Assembly: GCF_006345805.1 (NCBI RefSeq)
Contig: NC_043006.1
Location: 76,446,001-76,510,000 of the forward strand
Direction of reading: 5' to 3'
DNA length: 64,000 nt
Origin: Octopus sinensis
Lineage: Eukaryota
Part shown: piece after piece, positions 42,330 through 55,320 of the stretch
Layout of the letters: each line of letters opens with the position of its first letter
Numbering within the stretch: the stretch's first letter is position 1
The notes under the pieces: generated by a model
Databases searched by the model: none
The model's input: only the letters and a program-made list of their open reading frames with translations
Told to the model about the DNA's origin: nothing
Made by a program: the position numbers and the translations under genes

Positions 42330-43420
42330 TATGAAAGAAAAGCACATATACAGCACTTACTGTTCATAATAGCCTCCTTAGACATGCCCACGCTCACTCG
42401 GTCAGTCACTAGCTATGCTGATGATACAAAATTATCAAAGGCAATAAAAATCAAGATGACGTCGCAAATTTAGAGCGGGATCTGAATTCGCTTTACAAGA
42501 GGGGCCGAAATAAACAACTTGCAGTATAATGCAGGAATATTTCAAGCACTGCGCTACTAATTCAAGAATGCTCTAGAGATTGCATATACAGGACATGAAG
42601 GCACTATTATCCCAGAGTCATAGGCAGTGAAAGACTTGGAGATCAGTATGTGCAATGACACATCATTTTATATGCTCATCGAAAAGATGGCAGCAAAGTG
42701 TAGTCGACTGCAGCATGGATACTGAGGTCCTTCAAGACAAGAGACCAAAAAACTATTTCGACCCTGTGGAGAACCTTTGTTCTCGGGCGCCTGGACTACT
42801 TCTCCCAGTTATGTTCACCACATAGTGCCAAACTAACAGCAGTACTTGAAGCAGTCCAACGCCACTACATTAAAAAAATTGAAACAGTGCAGCGGATAAG
42901 CTACAGGGATAGGCTGAGAAAACTGCAACTTTCATCCCTGGAGCAAAGGCACAACAGCTATGTAATAATCTACATATGGAAAACTCTACAAGAGCTAGAA
43001 CCTAATTTCGGAATTTTATACAGATGTCAGAAGTGGATGCCAATTTATAGTACTATCCACTCCATCTAAATTTAGAACCACGCACTGCAATAATCTTGGG
43101 ACTCAAAAACCCACAGATCTTCAATGCCCTGCCACAAAAATTAGAAATTCTGTGTAAGTTGGATGTAGATGTCTTCAAAAATGAATTAGACGTCCTCCTC
43201 TCCATAATATGGGATGAACCAAGAAACCGATATGAGGTGCAGACGAGGAGATCGGAATCAAACTCCCTTATGCACCAGATGTACCAACAGCTGTGACAAA
43301 TGCACATACAAGAGTGGTGACGTGAAACACCCCAGATTCAAGGGATTAGAAAAACCACGGTGGTGCCCTAGCATGTCCGCAGCCGCATGGCCGAAACCAG
43401 TAAAAGAGTAAAAGTGTAAT
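42330..43420 (+). mobile_element. CR1/L2-group LINE 3' portion (decayed)
   Basis: LLFII...SYADDTKL, WILRSFKTRD...LDY, LEAVQR, LSSLEQR...YIWKTLQELEPNFG and FKNELDVLLSIIWDEP, followed by a SINE-like tail. Confidence 0.85.
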
Positions 43421-43430
43421 ATATATATAC

Positions 43431-43554
<124 letters not shown>

Positions 43555-43898
43555 ATATCAATGTTTGTTTTCATTTATATAAATGAAACTATTCAAAGTG
43601 TAAGACGAAGTTCATTGAATACATTTAAGAAGATTATAAATTTCTTTTTACAAGCTTAATATGTCTTAAAAGTATCGCTGGTAGTTTTATTTGTTACTGG
43701 GAGTGCCATTTGCAAACTATATGATAAACAGTTTGTTACATACATCATCTCTGAGGAGCAGTCAACAAATCTTAAATCAACAGACTCCCAACTACTTTAT
43801 TTTTGCTCATCATTGGTACTGAAATATTACGTTTATATTATTAATCTTATTTCATTCACAGTGAATCTCATCTAAATTTGTTATTTATGTCAGTTATT

Positions 43899-44062
43899 AG
43901 GCGCAGTCGTGGCTGTGTGGTAAGAAGCTTGCTTCCCAACCACATTGTTCTGGGTTCAGTCCAACTGCATGGTACCTAGGTCAAGTGTCTTCTACTATAG
44001 CCCCAAGCCGACCAAAACGTTTTGAGCTGAATTGGTAGACAGAAACAGAAAGCCCGTTGTAT
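43899..44062 (+). mobile_element. SINE family 1, 5' half
   Basis: GTGGCTGTGTGGTAAGAAGCTTGCTTCCCAACCAC...GGTTCAGTCC. Confidence 0.85.
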
Positions 44063-44271
44063 GTTTTTTTCTTATCATGTTGCTGCCCCTTGATTTGATC
44101 GTTATTTAGGATAACGATTTTATTCTTAATTACATAGAGATTTATATATATTCACTTCATCATTATATTCACTGCGGTGGTCTTTTGACCATACAGCACA
44201 TGGTGTCTGGATGGATAACTGAACTGGTCGTTGTATATATATAAGTATATAAGTGAGTATTCGTATGTTTG

Positions 44272-44323
<52 letters not shown>

Positions 44324-44662
44324 ATTATGTAAAATGCTTGGTATATTTCATTGACGAAGGTGAAGTATTTTTATACTAAGCCAGAAAACCAGGTTCTGGA
44401 ATTATCGAATTGTTACTAGTTTATTTATCTATTTCTCACGCCAGCTTGTGCTTTATTGAAAACTTGACGTGGATTTCAAAGTCAGGTGTTGGCTACTATT
44501 TCAAGCATGGTGGTATCTCTTAGATATCCTTATTAAAATTATATTTTAATAATATTTATAACCTATAAGGTTTTTCTTCCCATGCAGCCACTAGATTTGA
44601 TCGTTATTCAAAATAACAGTCTTATACATATTCATATAGAAATTTATATACATACACACACA

Positions 44663-44689
<27 letters not shown>

Positions 44690-44696
<7 letters not shown>

Positions 44697-44882
44697 TTGA
44701 ATCTGTGTTTGTTACTTCTCCACCGCTTGAAAAGCGGTGCTGGTATGTTCACATCTGCAAAAGATGCCGATAGAATAAGTACTAGGCTTAGAAAGAATAT
44801 GTCCTGGGGTCAGTTTCTTAGGCTAAAACCGTTTAAGGCGTTGATCCAGTATGGCCGCAGTCAAAATGACAGACACAAATAA
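44690..44882 (+). mobile_element. SINE family 1, 3' half (decayed)
   Basis: GATAGAATAAGTACTAGGCTT...CCAGTATGGCCGCAGTCAAAATGAC. Confidence 0.8.
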
Positions 44883-44892
44883 TGTGTATTAA

Positions 44893-45000
44893 AGTATCTC
44901 GGTGCGGAATTCACGAGTGACAAGAGGTATGAACATGAATCGGATGTTAGAATAGCAGATACTGGTGCATAATACACCAGTCACAACAATCTATCGTCAA
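44893..45000 (+). mobile_element. Possible RTE-clade LINE fragment
   Basis: Reads KYLGAEFTSDKRYEHESDVRIA, resembling the post-RT KYLGS..TSDG...EI..RI motif of RTE elements; short and degraded. Confidence 0.45.
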
Positions 45001-45422
45001 AACAGAGGGTGATAAAAAAAGAAAAGAAAAACGCTACGGTTACCCTGAAGGACTTCTAGAGTAATGTTCACGGACAACTTGCGTGACTCGGAGACCAGAT
45101 AGTCTCTGCCATATAAAAATAACAGCTCGAGCACTAGCACAAGCAAAGCCAACTGCGTGGGTCTAAGTAAACGAGAAACAAATTCGCTTGATTATCATCC
45201 ACAGTTTCAGGTAGCGCGTTTGGGTGTCCATATAGGAAATTTAATGATGTTTGTTTCTTGATAGGACTCAATGTAGGACTTGCATGAGATTTCTGCTCTC
45301 ACCACGAAACCAGAAATTTCGGGGACTGACAACTGCATTAGTGGCAGGACTTAGGGCTGCTCTGATTTACGCTGCATGTTGCATACCATACACACACACA
45401 CACATGTATATAAGTATATAAG

Positions 45423-45508
<86 letters not shown>

Positions 45509-45643
45509 TAGATAGATAGATAGAGATAGATAGAGAGATATAGGCATGCACACATATATGTATACATATATATATAGATATATATATGTATATATACAGA
45601 TGTCTAGGTATAAATTGCATCTATCTATTTATCTATCTATCTA

Positions 45644-45692
<49 letters not shown>

Positions 45693-45703
45693 ATATCTAT
45701 CTA

Positions 45704-45757
<54 letters not shown>

Positions 45758-45759
<2 letters not shown>

Positions 45760-45942
45760 ATAGACAGTTAGCCACTACACACATCTTTTTCTCTCATTGT
45801 TTCTTTCTGTGTTCCTTTCTGTGGAAGCGCGTAGGCTCGAAACATAGAATTTTCTTTTCAATTCCCGAGCGTTATACTAATACATCTGTTTGTTTTCTAC
45901 ACCACCTGTCTTCGTCTTTTGTGTTTTTCGTGAAATCTCACT
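45758..45942 (+). mobile_element. Solo ~185-bp Penelope pLTR unit (family A) with decayed hammerhead
   Basis: Same start (GATAGA..GTTAGCCAC) and end as 21592-21776; core CUGUGGA...GCUCGAAAC; flanked by microsatellites. Confidence 0.8.
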
Positions 45943-45949
45943 ATGTATA

Positions 45950-46033
<84 letters not shown>

Positions 46034-46042
46034 CGTACACAC

Positions 46043-46210
46043 ACAAATATTCTATAATTATAAACATAATTATAATTGGAGGGCAGCTAATTGCTTCGCC
46101 ACGCACCGAATTTAGAAATAGGAGCTACAATTCCAGTTTTTTTTCGGTGCGTGGCGAAGCAATTAGGTAGCCCCTAATTATAATTATATTTATAATTATA
46201 GAATATTTGT
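46043..46210. repeat. Inverted repeat, ~68-bp arms with 32-bp spacer
   Basis: 46043-46110 is the reverse complement of 46143-46210, with ~5 mismatches/indels. Confidence 0.9.
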
Positions 46211-46399
46211 ATACTTTTACCTAAAAAGGTTATTTTCACGTAACAATCTATTTGGTAAAATTATTAATTATCAATTAATCGATTCATTAATTAAATAATT
46301 ATAAACATAATTATAATTAGGGGTCGGCTAATTATAATGATGTTTATAGTTATAGAATATTTGTATAATTTTACCGTAAAAGGTTATTTTAACGTAGCG

Positions 46400-46845
46400 A
46401 TCTACTTTCTTTTGTGTAGTTTCTGCTCAGAACTGCGGCCATGCTGATGCACCGCTGTTTTGCAACACTGTTATTACTTAGAACCTCCTACAAGTAGGTG
46501 GCACCTGGTGACGAATGTAGTTTGATATAGCAACCATCATTTGCACCTCTTCACGTGATGTAGGTTCATCTGGGACTCTCGGCAGGAAGAGGTCCAGCTT
46601 TGATTTAAAAACGCCTACATCTACTTTGTGCAGTTTCCTCAGGCTCTTTGGGAGTATATTGAAAAGCTGTGGGCCCTTGAAACACAGGTTGTTGCAGTAC
46701 CTGGTCCTGAAGCGCGATGGCGTTACTGGGATCTTTGGCAATATGCAGTGGTGTAGTTTCAATGCCAAAATTTGGCACAATTCCTTCCAGAATCTTCCAG
46801 ATGTATATTACTGCATACCTCTCCCGCCCTCTCTCCGGGGAGTGC
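46400..46845 (-). mobile_element. CR1/L2-group LINE 3' end
   Basis: RERYAVIYIWKILEGIVPNFG and GPQLFNILPKSLR...FKSKLDLFLPRVPDEP, followed by a SINE-like tail at 46406-46455. Confidence 0.9.
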
Positions 46846-47119
46846 TTGTAAAATTATTAATTATTAATTAATTGATTTTTCTCTTTTATTTTTAAAATAT
46901 ATACATACATATATATGTATGTATGTATGTATGTATTATGTATGTATATATGTATGTATATGTATATATATATACATACATACTTACTCCCATTCTTTTG
47001 TTTGTTTCATACATATATATATATACACTAACAGACATATACTCACTGTATATGTGTGTGTGTTTATGTGCATGTGTGTGTGCTTGTACTCGTGCATGAT
47101 GTATATATGCATATATATA

Positions 47120-47201
<82 letters not shown>

Positions 47202-48514
47202 TATATACCCATAGCGAGAAAGAGAAAGAGATAGATGTGAAGGAAGGGAAAGTGAGAGTGAGAAAGCGTGAGAGAGAGACAGACAGAAAGAGATAGAGCA
47301 TTAAAGAGAGCATTTTAAAACTTCGGTTTAATGATAACATACTCCCACGTATATACTGAATGTAGTCGCCGTGGTGGCATTCTGCAGAGGAACGATTATA
47401 CAGTTTCTAAAAGGAAAGTAGAAGTATTAATGGAATTTTCATTTCACTTTTAAGACGTATGATTTGATTTCGATATAGATCGAACTGCTACATATTTCCT
47501 CAGTAGATTTGAATACGCTTACCATTATGTTAAGTACAGTATTTCATATCAGCATTTGGGCTGTAAATAGAAAATTCTTATTTTATTGAAATTTTAATTA
47601 TATTAGATTCTCAACGGTTGCGTTCATGGCATATTACTTAATTCTATGCTCTATAATGTGTGTAATTATTCGATATTAGTGTCATTGGCCGGTACATTAA
47701 GAACGTCGTTAAAGCTATGTAGGCAGAACACGAATGTTCAATAATGATATAATAAAGAATAATGTAATAAACAAGAGAATAATTAAAGTGTCTTATACAA
47801 GGAATAATTCGGGAAAGAGGAGAACGTCACAACCTCCTATATCTACGCATTGAAATATAATATCTTGTAAATTCGGAACATAAAGCGATATTAACGTAGC
47901 AGCCGAAATACAAGATAGATTTCAAAGTTACAGTTTGGCTGTTAATGGCTGCAAATTTAATCTTAAGAAACCACACTTTTCTCAGAATAAATTTGTAAAT
48001 TTCAGTGAACCCCCAACACTCAATAAGTTATTAAAAATAGAAAGGTGAAAAGTAAAGAAAAGGCCGTCAAACGTAGAATCCAGAGCGTATTTATCCCGTA
48101 TTATTAAGCAAATATTCCGTATTATGTAGACATTTACTGTTGCTGCCATTACATCGGTTTTATGCCGAAAGCGATATAGCGCATCTGCGGGCCCTTAGTA
48201 CTGGTATGAAGTAGCCTTCTATTACATCTAATATGATCCCAAATTACAACCAAGGCAGTAACTTGGGGTGGGGGTGGAGGGGTCTTTCAAATAATGCCAA
48301 ATAGAATACCGTGTGATATTTCTCTCCTCATTTACTTCTAAGTTCATACTCCACGGAACCCCATACTTCTTTTCGTCTCTTATAGCTTATTTAAGTGCCG
48401 CTCACTTACGCCCAGCCCCGTTTGTTTATCTCTCTGAGAACTGAGTACATTATGGTACCAGGGAAAGAGTTTACACATACCAGCCTCTATTTAGCATTTC
48501 ACCACAACATTATT

Positions 48515-48721
48515 CCTTTACTTGTTTCAATCATTTGAATGCGACCTTGTAGTCGAAGAAATCAACCCCAGGACTTATTCTTTGTAAACCTGGTTTTTAT
48601 TCTATCGGTATTTGTTGCCGAACAACTGCGTTATAGGGACGTAATCGCGCCCACATCAGCTGTCAAATGATGACAGTGAAGGACAAACATAAACACCTAG
48701 ACACACACACACACACACACG

Positions 48722-48764
<43 letters not shown>

Positions 48765-48880
48765 GCACAACGGGCTTCTCTCTGTTTCCCTGCACCAAAT
48801 CCATTCAGAAGGCTTTGGTCTGTCCGAGGCTATAGCAGGATTTATTTGCCCAAGTTGTAACGCAGTAGGACTAAATATTA
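48515..48880 (-). mobile_element. SINE family 1 (decayed, near full length)
   Basis: TTACTTGTTTCAATCATTTG..., GGACTTATTCTTTGTAA..., internal microsatellite, CCGAGGCTATAGCAG...GCCCAAG. Confidence 0.8.
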
Positions 48881-49029
48881 ACCAGAGAAGAACATCAGAC
48901 AGGAATACAACAGACTTTGAAATGATCCATACCTAGGTGCCTTTCGACATTAGCTGTTTCGATTAAAGTAAAAGATTAAGAACAGGACAAACTGCAAAAG
49001 AAAAAAAAGAAAAACAAACAATAATAATC

Positions 49030-49240
49030 ATTTCTACTATAGGCACAAGGCCTAAAATTTAGAAGGGGTGGGTAACTCGATTACATCGACTCCAATGCAT
49101 AACTAGTACTTAATTTACCAACCCCGAAAGGATGAAAGATGAAGTCGACCTCGACGAAATTTGAACTGAGCGTAGTGACAGGCGAAAGACCGCTAAACAT
49201 TTCGTCCAGCCTGCTAACGATTTTGCTAGCTCGCCGCCTA
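49030..49240 (-). mobile_element. SINE family 2
   Basis: CCCCGAAAGGATGAAAG...GTCGACCTCG...ATTTGAACT...GCTAACGATT...GCTCGCCGCCT. Confidence 0.85.
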
Positions 49241-49293
<53 letters not shown>

Positions 49294-49314
49294 TGATGAT
49301 GATGATGATGATGT

Positions 49315-49407
<93 letters not shown>

Positions 49408-49410
<3 letters not shown>

Positions 49411-51663
49411 CTATGTATAAAACGCTAACATCTGTCCTGACGGAATATACTTATAGTTCTTTAACAGACAGCAGCCTATTCCCTAATGAATAGAAAGGAT
49501 GTAAACGTGGATCCTACGGCTGTAATGATCAGCTACTCATCAATAAGATGATCTTAGAAGATTGTCACAAACGACACAAAAACTTATCAATAGCCTGGAT
49601 AGACTATAAAAAGGCTTTTGATAGCCTACCACATAGCTGGATTAGGAAATGCCTGGAAATGTATAAGATAGCACCTACTCTGCGAAACTTTTTGACTGTA
49701 AGTATGAGATCATGGAGAACCACTCTAACTCTGAACAGTGACAATGAATCCCTAAATGCTGGTGATGTAAAAATTTCATGCGGCATTTTCTAGGGTGACT
49801 CACTGTCACCACTCCTCTTTTGTTTAGCCTTAATACCTCTCTCAAAACTGCTCAATGACGCGCAGTACGGGTATAAAATGTTTGATAAAAATATAAATCA
49901 TCTCATTTACATGGATGATTTATAGCTTTTTGCAAAAAATGACCAACAACTCAAAGGCTTACTAGCGATAGTCAAACGATTCAGTGATGACATGAGAATG
50001 CAATTCGGCCTCGATAAATGTACAAAAGCTACCTTTATCAAAGGAAAAATGACAGAAACATCTAACGTTAACCTTGACCAGGAGAATGTCATAAAAGAAC
50101 TAGACCCAGCGGAGAGCTACAAGTATCTAGGGGTAATTGAAGGGAAGGAAAGAATCAGGAGAGAATGTTATGAAGGAAAGGATCAGGAGAGAATGTTATT
50201 GAAGAGTGAGAGCAATACTCAAGACAGAGATTAATGCAAGAAACAGGATCGAAGCAATCAATGCATTAGCCATACCAGTCGTGACTTACAGTTTCAATAT
50301 CGTTAACTGATCAATTACTGAAATATGTCAGCTCGACAGAAAAATACGGAAATTGTTGACAATGCATAGAATGCACCACCCTAAGGCAGATACAGAACGA
50401 CTTTATCTGCCAAGAAAAGAGGGAGGCCGTGGTCTTGTACAACTGGCAATAACAATGAAGATTGCTACAATTGGCCTAGACACCTACCTGAAAATGTCTG
50501 AGGACTGGATGTTAAAACTTGTCTCAAAACATGAAAACAAGAAAGCATCATACTCAGTAACAAAACAGGCAAAGGAATATCTAAGTGAATTCCGAATACA
50601 ACAAATTTCGGAATTAGAGATAGACATACAAGAAACAAGCACAGAAAAAGCTAGGCGCATGAAAACCTGTGCCAAAACTGCGGTCTTAGGTATTCTGAAT
50701 AATAAATGGCAAGAAAAACCTCTCTATGGCAAATACCCAAAGAGAGCGAATAATGCAGATATTAACAAAGCCCTGACCCATCAATGGCTAATGGCCTCTG
50801 GCTTAAAATCTGAAACAGAAGGGTTTATCATAGCAGCTCAAGATCAATGCCTACCAACAAGAAACTACCAGGCCAATATATTAAAGAACGGCAGTAGCCC
50901 AACATGTCGTGTGTGTCGACAACAAAATGAAACCATTGATCATGTTGTCTCCAAATGCAGTTCTCTAGCGCCTACAGAGTACCTCAACAGGCATGATAGA
51001 GCTGCACAATATATTCACTGGGTAATTTGCAAAAACCTGGATTTGCCCCATGAAAGAATCTGGTGGGAACACAATCCACCTCCAGTGCTTGAAAATGACC
51101 ACATCTCACTCCTCTGGAACTTCACCTTTCAAACTGACAGAAAGATAGATACAAATAGGCCAGACATCATATTGAAAGACTTCAGACGAAGAACATGCCT
51201 CCTCATTGATATGACTGTCCCAATCGATATAAGAGTATCTATCAAGACCTACCAAAAACTGAGCAAATATAAAGATCTTGAAATAGAAATCAGCAAAATG
51301 TGGAACCTGAAGACTAAAATAATACCTGTTGTCATAGGTGCCCTGGGAATGATAGCGAAAGGGGCTGATTGCTACCTAACTCAGATACCAGGAAAGCCCA
51401 AAATGGCAGAAATTCAATGGTTAGTGCTCATGGGAACTGCTCATATCCTACGCAAAATACTCTCTATGTAATCCCAAGTTTTAAAACAAACCTTTTTTTA
51501 AAATTTATTTATCAGACATTCACTCGTACAATACCAAAAAAAAAACCAAATATATGGTACACTAGGCATAACAAAAACGTGAACTTCCAACCTGTTGTCT
51601 CTTGAGGTCTCTGAGTGAGACTTGGAGCCAACTTGTACAGACATAAAGCAAAAGTCAAACATA

Positions 51664-51665
<2 letters not shown>
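49408..51665 (+). mobile_element. 5'-truncated R4/Dong-type RLE LINE (~2.26 kb) in (TAA)n
   Basis: RT motifs [26 protein letters not shown] and HLIYMDDL*L carry nonsense changes; both flanks are (TAA)n. Confidence 0.95.
50353..51471 (+). pseudogene. Uninterrupted C-terminal 372 codons of the LINE ORF (GGRGL, CCHC knuckle, RLE endonuclease)
   Basis: LYLPRKEGGRGL, CRVCRQQNETIDHVVSKC, RHD, RPDIILKD, KLSKYKDLEIE and GTAHILRKIL*; part of a truncated, disrupted element. Confidence 0.85.
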
Positions 51666-51733
<68 letters not shown>

Positions 51734-52599
51734 GTTTAATATAGGCGGTAGTGACCAACAATCTAATGACACGAGTCAGTGAGATATATCGAGTACTATG
51801 CTTAATTGAAATTTGTCTTTCCTGACCCCATAGAGACAACAATTTAAATTAGCCTTACTGCGATTGGAAAGCCGAAAGAATAGTGATGAGATGAAAACAT
51901 GACATGTACATGAAACAGAAATATATTATATTCTAACGTGCTGTCTACTTAAAATATTTTTTTTTAGATTGATAATACGTTTTTATTATTTTCAAAAACA
52001 TTCAATTAGAATTTCACATAACTGCTTTTACATGTTACGACGCTAAATCTAAACCTGAGAAAATGATTAGATTTAATTGAAAATTTCAAAATCGTTAATA
52101 AATGCGTTTGAAATATATTTGTAGAAAATTCTTTGATTTTAACATAGAGCTAATGGAAATTTCCATGTGCTCATCTTCATTGTTTCAGATATTTCATTAT
52201 GGATATTAAGATATTACCATGTTTGATAATTACGTAGCTTCCATCCGTATTTGTGGCAAACCGAGTTAAATTTCAGTAAATGAACAATTGCTATTTTAAG
52301 ATCAAATACATTCTATAACTTAATTTTCACATTTGTCGATATTTAATCGTAATTCTTTGCTTGGATGGGATAAAATACTAAAAATAACTTTCAGAATGTA
52401 ATTGGATGAGATGTGAATTTCTGAAATGTTTCCGAAACGCTAAGTTGCCTACGGAGAGAAATAATGGATTTTTGGATAAATCTGAAACTTAAAACCCGTT
52501 TGATATATTACAAAATTATCTCTTTGCACACGCGTCGTCTACATCCTTCTGTTCCACACAACCATTACAGTTTCAAATTGACGCATATTTTGGAGTCTG

Positions 52600-53495
52600 T
52601 CTTCAAACAGATAAAAGTTTTGAAGTAGATTCTTTATGAGATGTCTCCATAATTACGATATAAGTATCAGACATTCGAACAAAGCGATTTTTGTAATTTC
52701 TTCAGGTTCTTCACACTGTGTGTTCAAAACACTCTAAGAGGAAATTTGCTTTACATCTTCCCGTAACCAATAAATCCGGTCTCCACTATAACACAAGGGT
52801 TAATTTTACTGATCGACGTTCCCTCTCACTTAAATATGCAGCCATTGTACCTAATTTAAAATCACTCATAAGCAAACCTTCATTCGTATTCTGTGTTCAT
52901 CGTAACTCTCTTTTCAAGTCTTGGGAAACATACATATGCAAGGTTTCCTTTTCTTTTTTTTTTTCTTTTTGCCATGTTGAGCGTTTCATATTCAGGTCTT
53001 CTTTGAGGTATATTACTCCGACTGTTTTGTGGCGGAACTATTACTTGAGATGTAGCGACGAAAAGACAAAAGAAGGCATAAAGGAGGTAGAGGCTTGGGA
53101 AGAATGAAAACAGGCTTTGCCGTACAGTCTCTCTCTATACACCAGCAGTAAGAACAAATACATTAAATTAGGGCTGAAAAGTGAAGCGAGCAATATCCTA
53201 CTCGTCTGCAGCAAGTTTCTCGGGAAGTATTTTCCTCATGATGATCTCCCATACCTATTTCGACAATAAAGAAATAGGTATGGGAGATCATCATGAGGAA
53301 AATACTTCCCGAGAAACTTGCTGCAGACGAGTAGGATATTGCTCGCTTCACTTTTCAGCCCTAATTTAATGTATTTGTTCTTACTGCTGGTGTATAGAGA
53401 GAGACTGTACGGCAAAGCCTGTTTTCATTCTTCCCAAGCCTCTACCTCCTTTATGCCTTCTTTTGTAGAGCCTGTGTATATCACAGGTTGTGTGG
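52600..53495 (-). mobile_element. Old R4/Dong-type LINE fragment interrupted by an inverted duplication
   Basis: Minus strand reads CDIHRLYKRRHKGGRGL at 53490-53440; the continuation WQKEK...MSDFKLG lies left of 53065. Confidence 0.6.
53066..53466. repeat. Perfect inverted repeat: 196-bp arms, 9-nt spacer
   Basis: 53066-53261 is the exact reverse complement of 53271-53466 by manual comparison; spacer GACAATAAA. Confidence 0.95.
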
Positions 53496-54339
53496 ACATA
53501 TCCAGTATGTATGTATGTATGTATGTATGGAAGTTCATAGGCACGTAGGTGTCTATGTATGCATTGAAACATTAGTGTCATAATGTAATACGCATGATGC
53601 TCCTAGTTGAACCAAATTACACTTGATCACTTTGAGATATAAACGCATTACTTACCAACATATTATAACCCCAGGATTCTTTGGCAGAAACAAGCCACCT
53701 CATTTTGGTTAAAAGTTCCTAAAACTTGATCAAGCTACTACCTGTTGAATTTACGTAAACCACACACGTTATTCCTCTTTTTGAGATACAAACACCTTAT
53801 CGCCAACCATAGGTTTTTTCAGCATCTATTCCAATTTTTTTTTGTAATTATCACAGTCTCTCTACCAGTTTTCATATTCTATTATGTGTTGAATAGAAAA
53901 CATTTTAGTCTCTGTGGATCAATGTTTCTTTTCAACATTTTCTATGTTCCACAGCTCTCTTTAATGCTTTTGAACTTTTCCAATATCAACATTTCAAATA
54001 CCGTTGAGCTATTTCCTTCTTTCCCAGTTAGGATTTAAGTAGCCACCACTGTCTCCATCCTTCGCTTTTATTTTTCTACCCAAGTCTTTCGCATCGGCAT
54101 GATATGTGCCTGAAAGAAAATAGTAGAGAAGACAAGAAGTGAATTAGTAGTTGAAGAAAGACAGAGAAGAAAAGTAAAGAAAAGTAAATGAGGGAAGAAA
54201 TGAAGGACAAGTCAGAGTAATAGTAACAGTTGTGGTAGTAACGACGACAACAAAAACAACAGCAGCATAAACAACAACAAAAAACAACAACAACAGCAAA
54301 AACAACAATAATAATAAAGATAATTCTGAAGATGATGAT

Positions 54340-54549
54340 AATCCTTTCTACTAAAGGCACAAGGCTCGAAATTGTGAGTGAGTTGATAAATAGAATACAT
54401 CGACCCCAGTGCTTAACCGGTACTCATTTTATCGACCACGAAAGGCAAAGTTGAGCTCGGTGGAATTTGAAGTCAGAATGTAGCGATGGCCGAAATGTCA
54501 CTAAGCATTCTGCCCATCGTGCTAACGATTTTGCCTGCTCGCCGCCTTA
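54340..54549 (-). mobile_element. SINE family 2
   Basis: Reverse-complement homology to 56787-57018. Confidence 0.85.
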
Positions 54550-54573
54550 AAAACATAAAGACGGTCGAATGGC

Positions 54574-54826
54574 TGCTATCCATTTTGCTTGGTGTGCTAA
54601 CGATTCCGCCAGCTCCCTACACTTTTACTCTATTACTTGTTTGAGTCATTTGACTGTGTCCATGCTGGAGCACCGCCTTTAGTCGAGCAAATCGACCACA
54701 AGACTTAGATTTTGTAAACCTAGTACATATTCTATCGGTCTCTTTTGCCGAACAGCTAAATTACGAGGACGTAAACACACCAGCATCGGTTGTCAAGCGA
54801 TGTTGGGGGAAAAAAACACAGACACA

Positions 54827-54868
<42 letters not shown>

Positions 54869-55240
54869 TATATATATATAATGTTAGCCATTTTTCTTGG
54901 TGCGCTAACGATTCCACCAGCTCCCTACTTTTTTACTCTTTTACGTGTTTCAGTCATTTGACTGTGTCCATGCTGGAGCACCACCTTTAGTCGAGCAAAT
55001 CGACCCCAGGACTTAATCTTTGAAACCATAGTACCTATTCTATCGGTCTCTTTTGCCGAACCGCTATATATATATATATATACGACGGGCTTCTTTCAGT
55101 TTCCTTCTACCAAATCCACTCACAAGGCTTTGGTCGGCCCGAGGCTATAGTAGAAGACACCTGCCCAAGGTGTCAAGCAGTGGGACTGAGCCCGGAACCA
55201 TGTAGTTATTAAGCGAGCTACTTACCACCCAACCACTCCC
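54574..55240 (-). mobile_element. SINE family 1 with tandemly duplicated 3' part
   Basis: Head at 55080-55240; the 3' half is present twice (54620-54860, 54930-55065), each preceded by the same family-2 head fragment. Confidence 0.85.
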
Positions 55241-55269
55241 TGCTAATAATAATAATAATAATAATAATG

Positions 55270-55318
<49 letters not shown>

Positions 55319-55320
<2 letters not shown>

